DNA of 46,443 nt from Flavobacteriia bacterium (GTDB taxonomy: Bacteria; Bacteroidota; Bacteroidia; Flavobacteriales; Flavobacteriaceae), in contig JAUWUU010000001.1 in assembly GCA_030617765.1 (NCBI GenBank), forward strand, positions 1-46,443, read 5' to 3'. The notes beneath the pieces are model-generated. The model ran no database searches. It had not been told where the DNA came from and saw nothing but the letters and a program-made list of their open reading frames with translations. The position numbers and the translations under genes were made by a program. The stretch's first letter is position 1, and each line of letters opens with the position of its first letter. Positions 29,895 to 40,800 of the stretch are shown piece by piece.

Positions 29895-30398
29895 ATGAAA
29901 CTAGTTAGAAATTTATTATTAGTATTAATTCTGTTTACTGGAGTTAACTTTGCTCAAGCTCAAAAAGTAGCCCATATTGACAGTGAAAAATTATTAATGG
30001 CAATGCCAGAGGCAAAAACCATGGAAAATGAGCTTAAAAAATTATCTGAAACTTATGCTGCTGAATACAAAACTCAGGTTACTGCCGCACAAGCAAAGCT
30101 AAAAAAATATAGTGAAGAAGCAGCAACTCAAACTGACGTTGAAAATGCAAAACGTCAAAAAGAAGTTGAAGATCTGCAATTAAGAATTCAAAAATATGGT
30201 CAAACAGCCGATCAAGAAATTCAAAAAAAACGTTTTGATCTGTTAAAACCTATTCTTGAAAAAGCTCAAAATGCAGTAAATGCTGTAGCTAAAGAAAAAG
30301 GTGTCTTATATGTATTAGATTCATCTCCAGGCAAAGGTCTTTTAGTTTTTGATGGTGAGGATTTATTAGTACCTGTAAAAACAAAATTGGGACTTTAA
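29895..30398 (+). CDS. skp: OmpH/Skp periplasmic chaperone (second paralog)
   Basis: AQA signal; KVAHIDSEKLLMAMPE, LLKPILEKAQNAV..VAK, YVLD. Confidence 0.92.
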   Translation: MKLVRNLLLVLILFTGVNFAQAQKVAHIDSEKLLMAMPEAKTMENELKKLSETYAAEYKTQVTAAQAKLKKYSEEAATQTDVENAKRQKEVEDLQLRIQKYGQTADQEIQKKRFDLLKPILEKAQNAVNAVAKEKGVLYVLDSSPGKGLLVFDGEDLLVPVKTKLGL

Positions 30399-30426
30399 TC
30401 CTATTATTTTTTTAGAAAATATATTT

Positions 30427-30456
30427 AAAAGACTGCTTTAAAAGCAGTCTTTTTTA
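30427..30456 (+). terminator. Intrinsic (bidirectional-type) terminator after the skp pair
   Basis: AAAAGACTGCTTT-A-AAAGCAGTCTTTT perfect inverted repeat running into a T-tract. Confidence 0.9.
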
Positions 30457-30469
30457 TTAACCTGATTTA

Positions 30470-30790
30470 GATTATTAACCGATGGTTATTAATACCAACT
30501 TGCATATCTTATATAATTTTCTTCAATTCTTTCAATCTCACTTGAGATTAATTGTAAGCATGAAGCAAAGTACACCATTTAGTTTACGCTAAACTTCCTG
30601 TTACCAATTATTAGGAAGTAGCTTTCTCTGAGCCAAAACCATACGAGTATTTAGCTTGTCATATGCTCAATCAAGTTGAGTACAAGCTTTAACATAAATG
30701 TCAAAAACCGAAATTTATTATTTAGATCCCTTACGGGGATGATATTTCATAGAAAAGACCGAACATCAATAAATAAAACTGTTCGCTTTC
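30470..30790. other. Hairpin-rich non-coding stretch (possible structured RNA or MITE/REP-like remnant)
   Basis: At least six short inverted repeats in about 320 bp; no convincing ORF. Confidence 0.4.
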
Positions 30791-30996
30791 CAATATTATT
30801 GATCATCAGCAAACAAAATTCGGCTTTAGAGCACCAAACACTTATTGATCAAACTAAAAATACAACTGTATTAATACATTTATAAGTAATCTTTCTACTT
30901 AATTCTATCTATAGAATAATTGTTTTTTGATTGTTAAATTTCTTTTTACTAATTTTAGTGAAGATTAATACACTAATAATCAAAATTAAATTGCTT

Positions 30997-32607
30997 ATGA
31001 AATTCAAAATTACCTTATTTTTAATTCTTTTTTCTATATTTTTTTGCAGATCTCAAGATTGGAAAACGTATCCTCATACTCCAACCGGAAGTTTAATTTC
31101 ATTTTCGATTGACGAGGGCAGACATCCGGCAGAAGAAACAGAATGGTGGTATACAGTTGGTCATGTCACTGGTAGCACAACAGGCAATAAATACAGCTAT
31201 ATGCTTACCTATTTTTACAATCCTGCGCTTGGATATGATGGATTTAGAATTTTTAATCTAACGAATGATGATACAGGAGAAAATTTATTTGACACCCAAG
31301 CTATAAAATATGACATATTAAGTCAAATTTCTTTGGATATAAAGGTGTCAAATCATCCTCTCAAAAAACCAGAATCCTGGAAAAACAAACTAGATACCGA
31401 TAACAAAGCTATTCCTTTTGAATATACCTTATATGCATCTTCCGATAATACAGAAATCAATTTAGAATATATAACTGTAAAACGCCCCTTAATATTAGGT
31501 GATGATGGAAAATTTGATCTGGGCTCATCAAGCTATACTTATTATTATTCTCAAACAAAAAATCTTGTTATTGGTACGATTACTTTTAAAGACATCACAG
31601 AAGACGTCACAGGCATTTCTTGGATTGATCATCAATATGGGTCTTATAACGGAAAAGATGACGAAAAATATGAATGGTTTAGTGTGCAACTTTCCAATGG
31701 AATGGATTTAAACCTTTGGAATTTATTTACAGATGATAATACGATTCCTGACATTCTTAATTATAAAATTTTATCAGCTTATGTTGATGAAAACACTCAA
31801 TATACAACCAAAGATTTCAATTTAGAACGATTAGAATTTAAGTTTACATCTGATAATGAAAAGTGTTATTCTCAAAAATGGCGACTAACTTCAAAAACAA
31901 ATAATATTGACCTGATTATTTCTGTCTTACATGGTGATTCAGAAGTTCAATTACCTTTCAGGTTTTATGAAGGCGCTACTTCAATAACTGGAAGTGTTAA
32001 TGGCATTGCTGTTACAGGAAAAGGATTTGCTGAACTCTTGCATAGTTATGAAATCCCTAAACTCAATATTACGCATCCAAATAATGGAACATTCTATTCC
32101 ACTGAAAATATTACATGGGATGTGAGCAATTCTGATGATGGCAACCCTCTTTTATATGATGTTTTTTATAGTGTAGATAATAAACAAACTTTTAAAAATA
32201 TTACTGAAGGACATGGAGAAACATCATTTTACTGGGAAAATCCTGATATTCAAAGCGGTGAAGAGATCTGGTTTAAAATTACTGCATATTCAAAAGATAA
32301 AACATTGACTAATGAGGTTATTAGCACAAATTCTTCTTCATTTGTATTACCCGTTGAGGAATTTAATAGTAATAATATTATTTTGTATCCAAACCCTAGT
32401 GAAAATAGTTTAAAAATAAATTTTGATAATTACATTCCTTTATTAGTCTATAAAATATATGATATTAATGGAAAAATTCTATTGGAAAAAGAAATTAGAA
32501 ATAAGAAAATATTACAAATCGACATTAAAAAACTTAAAAAAGGTATATATTTTTTAAATATCAATCATAGCAATAAAAGTATGTATACAAAATTTATTGT
32601 AGAGTAG
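30997..32607 (+). CDS. Secreted CrtC/AttH-like (lipocalin-fold) protein with T9SS type A sorting domain
   Basis: Signal peptide from ATG at 30997; H...EWWY..GH, TYYYS, G.SWIDHQYG, YEWFSVQL, FYEG, GKGFAEL; CTD ILYPNP...LKKGIYFL...KFIVE. Confidence 0.85.
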   Translation: MKFKITLFLILFSIFFCRSQDWKTYPHTPTGSLISFSIDEGRHPAEETEWWYTVGHVTGSTTGNKYSYMLTYFYNPALGYDGFRIFNLTNDDTGENLFDTQAIKYDILSQISLDIKVSNHPLKKPESWKNKLDTDNKAIPFEYTLYASSDNTEINLEYITVKRPLILGDDGKFDLGSSSYTYYYSQTKNLVIGTITFKDITEDVTGISWIDHQYGSYNGKDDEKYEWFSVQLSNGMDLNLWNLFTDDNTIPDILNYKILSAYVDENTQYTTKDFNLERLEFKFTSDNEKCYSQKWRLTSKTNNIDLIISVLHGDSEVQLPFRFYEGATSITGSVNGIAVTGKGFAELLHSYEIPKLNITHPNNGTFYSTENITWDVSNSDDGNPLLYDVFYSVDNKQTFKNITEGHGETSFYWENPDIQSGEEIWFKITAYSKDKTLTNEVISTNSSSFVLPVEEFNSNNIILYPNPSENSLKINFDNYIPLLVYKIYDINGKILLEKEIRNKKILQIDIKKLKKGIYFLNINHSNKSMYTKFIVE

Positions 32608-32642
32608 ACCATTAATTTTATAGCTCACAGGAAATATTAGAG

Positions 32643-33272
32643 ATGACCCAGAAATGCCCTTTATGTTCAAAAACAAGTGCTACTTTTTATAAGACAGATA
32701 AGCAACATTTTTATTATTGTGAAAACTGTAAAGGAATATTTTTAGACAAAAATCAACTTTTAGATTTACATGAAGAAAAAGATCGATATTATTTACATAA
32801 AAACCATATCAATGATCATGGTTATATAAAGTTTGCAGATCCAATTATAAAGACTGTAAAAGATAATTTTAACACTACTCATCAAGGTCTGGATTTTGGA
32901 GCCGGGCATACGCCTGTTATTTCTGAAGTTTTAAAAAAACATAGTTATCAGGTAGAAATTTACGATCCTCTTTTTTTTATTAATTCTGAAGTTCTAGATA
33001 AAAAATACGATTTTATCACTTCTTGTGAAGTAATTGAACACTTTTACAATCCTAAAAAAGAATTTGAGCTTTTGTATAAAATGCTGAAACAAAATGGTAA
33101 ACTGATATGTATGACTCATATTTTTAATGGTATAGATTTTGCCACCTGGTACTATAAAAAAGACCCAACACATGTATTTTTGTATCAGAAAGACACTTTA
33201 AAATGGATTAAAAATAATTTTAATTTTAGGGATATTTACATCAATAACAGACTTATAATTTTTACAAAATAA
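32643..33272 (+). CDS. Class I SAM-dependent methyltransferase with N-terminal Zn ribbon
   Basis: CPLC...CENC, GLDFGAG, YDFITSCEVIEH, WYYKKDPTH. Confidence 0.88.
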   Translation: MTQKCPLCSKTSATFYKTDKQHFYYCENCKGIFLDKNQLLDLHEEKDRYYLHKNHINDHGYIKFADPIIKTVKDNFNTTHQGLDFGAGHTPVISEVLKKHSYQVEIYDPLFFINSEVLDKKYDFITSCEVIEHFYNPKKEFELLYKMLKQNGKLICMTHIFNGIDFATWYYKKDPTHVFLYQKDTLKWIKNNFNFRDIYINNRLIIFTK

Positions 33273-33290
33273 ACTCAAAGATATCAAATC

Positions 33291-33803
33291 ATGAAAAAAC
33301 TAGTTTTAGCAATACTATTTGTTGCATTTATCGTTCCGATTCAAGCACAAAGTAAAAAAGAGTTAAAAATGGAAAAAGAAGCACAAGAATATGCTGAAAT
33401 CAAAATCTTAATAAACTCAGGTATCTATATTTTTGAATCTGATTGGGCAACCACCCAAAAAGGGAATAGAATTAATTTAATAAGTAATCCCAATTTTTTA
33501 AAAATGGATCATAAAAATGCCATTGTTGACATGCCTTATTTTGGTATATCTCAGTCACCCAGTGTTAGTTTTAGTGGAAGTGGTGGTATTGAATTTGACA
33601 GTGTTATTAAAGATCTTAAAGTTGATTTTAATGACAAAAAACAAAAGGTAATTATAAAATTCAGTGCCCAAAACAAGACAGAAAATTTTAATGTTACTCT
33701 AGCTGTTTTTAGAAGTGGGAATGCCAATTTAAACATTATAAGCAACAGCAGAAATAGTATAAGTTACGACGGAAAAGTCAGTGAAATAAAAGATGAAAAA
33801 TAA
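33291..33803 (+). CDS. DUF4251 domain exported protein
   Basis: Signal peptide IQA-Q; MPYFG, GGIEF, RNSISYDG. Confidence 0.85.
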   Translation: MKKLVLAILFVAFIVPIQAQSKKELKMEKEAQEYAEIKILINSGIYIFESDWATTQKGNRINLISNPNFLKMDHKNAIVDMPYFGISQSPSVSFSGSGGIEFDSVIKDLKVDFNDKKQKVIIKFSAQNKTENFNVTLAVFRSGNANLNIISNSRNSISYDGKVSEIKDEK

Positions 33804-33804
33804 T

Positions 33805-34854
33805 CTATCCTTTATTCAATGCATTCCAACCCTGTGCTGTCAATTCAATTTTTTGATTGGCTCTGGTAATTAAATTTTTACCTTCATTCTCTTCCGTTAT
33901 GTGTCCGATTACAGTAAAATTTGGATTTCCTTTTATTTTTGGATAATCTTCCTGAGCAATGGTAAACAGCAACTCATATTCTTCGCCACCACTTAACGCA
34001 ATTGTTGTACTGTTAAGATTAAATTCTTCGCAAGTTGAAATTACTTGTTGATCAAGTGGAATCTTATCTTCATATAAATTACAACCTGTTTTTGACTGCT
34101 TACAAATATGTAATATTTCAGAAGATAGACCATCCGAAATATCGATCATCGCTGTTGGTTTTACTTCCAGATCTTTAAATAGTTTAATTATATCTTTTCG
34201 AGCTTCGGGTTTTAATTGCCTTTCAACCAAATACGTATAATTTTCCAGATCGGGTTGAGAGTTTGGGTTTACCTGAAAAACCTGCTTTTCACGTTCTAAC
34301 ACTTGCAATCCTAAATAAGCAGCCCCAAGATCTCCCGTAACCACTAAAAGATCATTAGGTTTTGCACCACTTCTATATACAATATCTTCAGCTTTAGCTT
34401 CACCAACAGCAGTAATGCTAATCAACAAACCTTTGGTTGATGAGGTAGTATCTCCACCAATTAGATCAACCTGATAAGTGTCACAGGCCAAATGTATACC
34501 GGCATATAATTCTTCAAGAGCTTCTAATGGAAATCGATTAGAAACCGCAATTGATACAGTAATTTGTTTGGCCATACCATTCATAGCATAAACATCTGAT
34601 AAATTAACCATCACGGCTTTATAACCCAAATGTTTTAAAGGCATATAACTCATGTCAAAATGTACACCTTCAACCAAAAGATCAGTTGTAACCAAAGTTT
34701 GATGATCGCTGTTTTCTAAAACTGCACAATCATCACCCACTCCTTTTACCGTTGATTTGTGGTGAATTTTAATATTTTTTGTTAGGTATTCAATTAATCC
34801 AAATTCTCCCAATTCAGCTATTGAAGTACGCGATTGTTCTTTATTATCAAACAT
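33805..34854 (-). CDS. thiL: Thiamine-monophosphate kinase
   Basis: GEFGLI, GVGDDCA, TTDLLVEGVHF, NLSDVYAM, IGGDT, MIDISDGL, GGEEYEL. Confidence 0.96.
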   Translation of the reverse strand: MFDNKEQSRTSIAELGEFGLIEYLTKNIKIHHKSTVKGVGDDCAVLENSDHQTLVTTDLLVEGVHFDMSYMPLKHLGYKAVMVNLSDVYAMNGMAKQITVSIAVSNRFPLEALEELYAGIHLACDTYQVDLIGGDTTSSTKGLLISITAVGEAKAEDIVYRSGAKPNDLLVVTGDLGAAYLGLQVLEREKQVFQVNPNSQPDLENYTYLVERQLKPEARKDIIKLFKDLEVKPTAMIDISDGLSSEILHICKQSKTGCNLYEDKIPLDQQVISTCEEFNLNSTTIALSGGEEYELLFTIAQEDYPKIKGNPNFTVIGHITEENEGKNLITRANQKIELTAQGWNALNKG

Positions 34855-34891
34855 AATGTTAAGATATTATCTTTTAAATTCTTACTTCTTC

Positions 34892-37800
34892 TTAGTTGTT
34901 GCTCTTTTTTGATGTTTTAATATTGTCTAAAATTTCAAGTGCAGCATATTTAGCAGCTGCAATCGTTTCACGATTAACTTTTTCAATAATACTACCACGT
35001 GTGAGATCAATAATTAAAATATAACCATTCATCAATAAAAGTTGAAGGATCATATTGTTAACCACAGTTTCTTCATTATAACCCTCAGCTATGTATAATT
35101 TATCAGCTACTTTATTAAATTCAAGTGCAAACTCAGTTATATCAGGCAAATTCATCAATTGTAAGTAAGTCTCACTAAAACTTGACAATTCGATATTCAT
35201 ATTTGGTGTAAGCAATAAAGGACTGAATGATTGATCTTTATCTTTATAATTATTTAATTTTGAAAGATCAACCTCCTTTTTTGGATTATCAATTCTTACA
35301 AATTTTGCATTTCGCATTTTCTCCATCTGCCATAACCAGAAATTATAACGATATATCTCTGAATTACTCTTATGATCATTAAAAATATATTGATATCTCT
35401 CATGAATCAATTTTTTAACTTTATTCTTGTTTTGATTAATCTCAGGGCGTGAAATTCTTACCTCACGAATTAGTTTGCGCATATCTTCGGCGGCAATCTG
35501 TGGGCCTGTAATTTCTTTACCTTTTCGTCCAATATCAGTACTTAAAATACCCAGTTGAATTTTTTTACCTTCACCCGTTTTAAGCACTTCAATCAAATGT
35601 TTACTCGCATTTAACTCACCATCCTCATTAATAAATGGTTGACCGGCAGGTGTACTCGCTAAAGCATTAAAAATCTGATTGAATAAACCTCGATCAATAA
35701 TAACATTTACATCTTTATTACCTAAAGCAATGAACCTGTTTTTAATAATATCAAAGTTTACTTTTTTAATTAAAACTTCACTATTGTCTTTTACAAATTT
35801 TTTACCTACAAAAATTTTATTGATAATCTCTTCAATATCAATTTTATCAATCATTTTAAAGGAAGAACACAAATAATATTTACCTGTAAATTCTTCTAAC
35901 TCCCAATCAAGTACATCATCTATATAACTACCGTGAACATCTAAAATATCTACAATATGCTTATCACCTGTATACCTCATTAGAGTTCGTTGAAAATGTG
36001 GATTATCGCCACTTGTAGCTTTCTCTTTACGTTCACCATGAGAGTTTCTATACAATATGAAATTCTCAGGATTTTCATAACGTACAATACCAGCTTCTTC
36101 TCTGGAGTAATTACTTGCCGTTAACATAATATCAATTTTATATGGCATACGCACATCACACAAACCACTTATTGTAGAACGAGAGTTTAGATCTTCAACA
36201 TTGCTATCAGCACTACTTTGAAATAATGAATAATAATATTTAATATATTCAGGATCAAAATCGGTTACACGGCTAAAATCACCTACCTCTGTACCAATTC
36301 CGTAAAGGTTACCATTTACATCAGGGAAAATATGGAACATGTCTCCGGCTATCATTTTAAGGGAATGTACGCCGGTTAAGTTTTTCTTCATCCATTTTAA
36401 CATCATAGCTGCCAGCATTTCCGATTTACCAACGCCACTATCACCGGCAATATGGATCACAAAAACAGCGCCATCTTCCTCCTCTACAGCAAACATAGAT
36501 CCGTGAATTGGAATCCCACCCATTTCTTTTACTTTTTCATTTAAAACCGTTAAGCGAGGTTTTTTAATATTACCGTAATAATCTCCTTTTTGATTATGAG
36601 GAATGACAATAGTTTTAATATTACCTCCAGGACCTTTTATATCAAAATAGCCAACACGTGGAAAGGAAATAACTTTTTCAGGTGCACCGTATATACAGAT
36701 CGTATCAGGAACAAAATTTACAACATCATCAATACCAGCATCTTGCAGATCAAGTAATCTGTAATTATCAGCCATATATTTCATAAAACTCTTATGAAAT
36801 ATAAACAGTTCATTTAATAAACCACCGTTAAATATCTTACAACGATAATCTCCCATATCCATATTTGATACAAATTTTCGCAAACGATTTACAAAGAAAT
36901 CACCTAAAGGACGTGTATTTAAAAATTTGATATATTCCTGAGAGTTTTCATCAGAAATAGCCAAAGCTACTTCTTTTAATTTCTTTTTATCAGCATGCTC
37001 TACACGATCGATCTTATGAAAAGCATATTCGCGTTTTTTGGCATCAGTAGCAATACGTGTATGAGTTTGCACATCTTTTTCAGTACCAATTACACCACTT
37101 TCCCACATAAGATCAACTATCCATTTTAAACTACCTTTATCATATTTCTCTAAGGGATGATCTTTTCTTTCAAAATTCTTATGTACAGTAATTCCATGCT
37201 GAACCATTTCATTAATGGAAGAATTTTGTTGTACAAATTCTGCTTCTGTCAAACTTATAACAGAATGTGTATATCTGTCATAATGCTCATTATTCTTAGT
37301 TTGATTCATCAAATTAATGATAAATAGTGTAAACAATCTTATCTCGCTATGCAGCGATTCTTCTTCAATATTTTGTTTTCCTGAATCAATCACCTGATTC
37401 CATATCTCTTCTATTTCAGAAGGTAACACTTTTTGTAAAAATTCTCCAATAATTGATTCAATTTCTAAGTCACCCAAATCTTTCAATTGATGATTAAATC
37501 TTTCGACCAGTGCTTCAATTTTGTTCTTGAAAAAGTTTTTACGATTCAGTAAATACAATCTTGTTATTCTATCATTTGCTTCTATTCTGCTGTCAAGCAC
37601 TTTTTCATTGATCAATTTTTCAATCAATCCAAAAAGTTTTTGTCCAACTTTTATTTCTTTATCCGATAATGAATTATATATACTTTCTGTAATTTGTTTT
37701 AATGAATAGGATAAGTTGATATTCGTAGCTTTGATACCTACTACTTTTTCAAACGTATCCATACTTTTTTCTACCAACTCAACCAATGATGGCTCAACGG

Positions 37801-40800
37801 GATCATTTTCAAATGGAAGATTAAAATGAAGCATTAACTCTTGTATATGCTTGCGTAACAGTATGTTAATACCTTCTAACCTTTCAATATCATCACTGTG
37901 CTTGCCTGTACTGTTGATCGTTAAAATTTTAGTCTTTCTTGGAGAAAATAGAATATTTTCCATTTGAAGTAAAATCTCTGACATAATGATATCATCTTCA
38001 GGAGCATCTAAAACATAATTTGTTGGTTGATATTCTAACTTATTGGTAATATACTTTAAAAGGGTAGATTTACCGTAACGCGCCAGTATTGTTCCAAAAT
38101 CAAGATGCTTGATCATTGGAATATTCTTGTAGATCTGGGGTAATAAATTCTCATAAACTGAAGTAAACGCAATACTGCGAATAAAACTGACAAGGTCATT
38201 ACATTTACCAATATCTTCAGAAAACTCAATCACAGAATTTTTAGAATCACCTATAGAATTAATACTAACACCACTCATACTTGGAGATGCATGATAAAGT
38301 GTCCAAACGTTGTTGATCCTAAGTGAATTGCTCAATGATTTTTTTAACTTTTTAATACTATGAAAATCTTCAAGTACTTTTTTAATGAACTGTCTGTCAG
38401 ATCCTGTTTTAAACAAATCATCTAAAATTTCATCCGAACTTAACTCTTTATTATTTTCTGAATTTTTAGCATTAAAGAATTTAATCCAGTATTTGAGAAC
38501 AATTTCCAAGGCATTTTTAAATTCATTTCGGAATATTTCATATCCTTTGGCTGTTCCGTCTAGATAATCACCCATAGAAAAACGTAAAAATCCGGTTTGA
38601 TAAGGTATTACTGCAATACCTCTTGATTCAGCAAGTTTTTTTGTGAATTTTTCAAGATCCTGGTAAGAAAAGAAATTATTTAACTGGATATTAAATAAAA
38701 ATGATCCGTCGGAAGCAATGATCTTAGCGTGTTCTCCTGCCTCTCCTTCTAATAATTCAGCAGCCGTTTCTTTTGCTATTTTTAACCTTAGTAAAGCTTC
38801 ATTCCTAAAGTTCTTATTTACTCTAAATGTATTGATATCTTTTACCAATTGTTTTTGGTAATAAGTAAAGAATACTTCATCTTTATATTTAAAATCATCC
38901 GGTAATTCTAAAACATCTAACTTATCAAGTGCCACCAACTCATTTAATAAAAATAAGTGTAACGGACTTCCTTCAAAAGGTGAAAATCTCAATAATTCTT
39001 TTGAATTTTTAGTTTTTTGCTTGCGATGATAACTTTCAATTTCTGAAATAATATACTGTTCAATACGCAATTTGATCTTATTTCGAGATGCATTCTTAGG
39101 TAATCTTTCTTCCAGATTATCTTTAATAGATTTTGCCAATTGGGCATTTTCCAAAACATTGACCAACATAAACAATGAATTGGTATTTCCTTTTTCAACA
39201 CTGTTTTGTCTACGGGCAAATTTAATCACATCTCTTTTGGCCGGAGTTGCAATAATTGAACCCAATCTATCTCCGGTAGCACCAAAATTTTTGGTTGTTG
39301 AAATAGAAGAAACCAGATTGATACGCGCATATTGCTGATTGAGATTATTCATAACATACCTTGAAATAGTACGCCATTTTGGTTCATTTTCATCATCGAT
39401 CTTAACGGAATCATTATAAGCCTCATCTAAAAATAAAGTGATCTTACTGGAGCTTATAAACTTTAAAAACCGCAATAACGACTGGTTATTAAAATCCGAA
39501 TAGCCTGATGGGTTTGCAGGATCATTGATTACTATAGTTAGATTTTCACAAAAACTATCCCAAAGATTCCCTGATTCATCAAAAACCTGAAATGTTTTCT
39601 TCATCCGTTCCAGTCGGGTGGTCAATCGGTCATAATCAATTCTACCTTCCTCATTGATTCCTATTTCAAGATCAAAAGGATTGATATCAAAACGATCGGT
39701 TGGAAATAGATCCATATACTCCCATGAGGAGTATTTATTAAATAAAATATAAGGTTTTAATACTTTATCTTCTTTGCCAAAAAGTACATCACGTATGATC
39801 ATCTGAACATCATCAGAAATCGACGTTTTGTTAAGATTTGATAAATTACTGATAAATTCTTTGATGATATCCTGTCCTTTTGTGTTTAAGGAATTGTACT
39901 TTTCATAAACACCAAGATCAATTAAAAAATTATTAAAACGACCCGTATTATCAGCCTCATTTTCCGCTTTGATCAAATATTGTTTGTATTTCTCTAAAAA
40001 CAAATTCAATCCGAAATTTTTATGAAAATGATTTTTAAGCGTTCGCTGATAAGTATCAGGAATAACGTTTAAAATAACACGACATCTATCAATAATTTCC
40101 TGATCAACAGGTTTTAATTTGCGTTGCAACAAATATTCACCGTATGTTTTTATTTGATTTCTACCTCCTCCTTCAACAATTGTTGCTATTTCAACATGAT
40201 CATTTTCAGAATAAAAATATTTTTTTGTGCGTTCCTCAAACTCTTGAATTAATTGTTTATTTTGCTTTTTAATACTATCAATTGAAGTGCAATTTAGGAT
40301 CATGTCCATATAATCACGCAATTTTTCAAGCGTATATTTATCTTTTAAGATCTGACGAGAAAATTCATCAAATTTAAATAATACAATATCTTTTTCAAGA
40401 TTATCAATAAGACCTAATTGTTCTTGTTTAAGCTGATCGATCTCATTACTGTAATCATCGATCTTTGTCTGAATAAGTGATTTAAAATGCTCTAAATTCT
40501 TAGTACTTACCTTTTCAAGGATCAACCTCAAATTTAGTTGACTATTGGCAAGAGCACCTAGCTTTTTTGTATGTACTTTATTTAAAGTTTGAATAATCTT
40601 ATTATGCAAACAAAAAACAAGAGTTGTATTGGTGCTTTTTGAGATGTCAGATGTATCAATAAAGATCATCCGTGTCAACAACGGAAACCACCTGCTATGA
40701 TTGAACAGATTTTTGCGTAAAAAAGGAATACGAATAGCAAAAATTGAAGTTTTGTCTTCATTAATAACTTTAAAAAGACGCTCTTCATCTGTAAAATCAA

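Noticed and set aside
30676-30885. 69-aa ORF in the post-skp spacer
   Set aside because: TTG start, no recognisable motif, and it overlaps the hairpin-rich stretch; probably spurious.
34855-34891. TPP riboswitch upstream of thiL
   Set aside because: Only 37 bp of AT-rich spacer with no TPP aptamer core.
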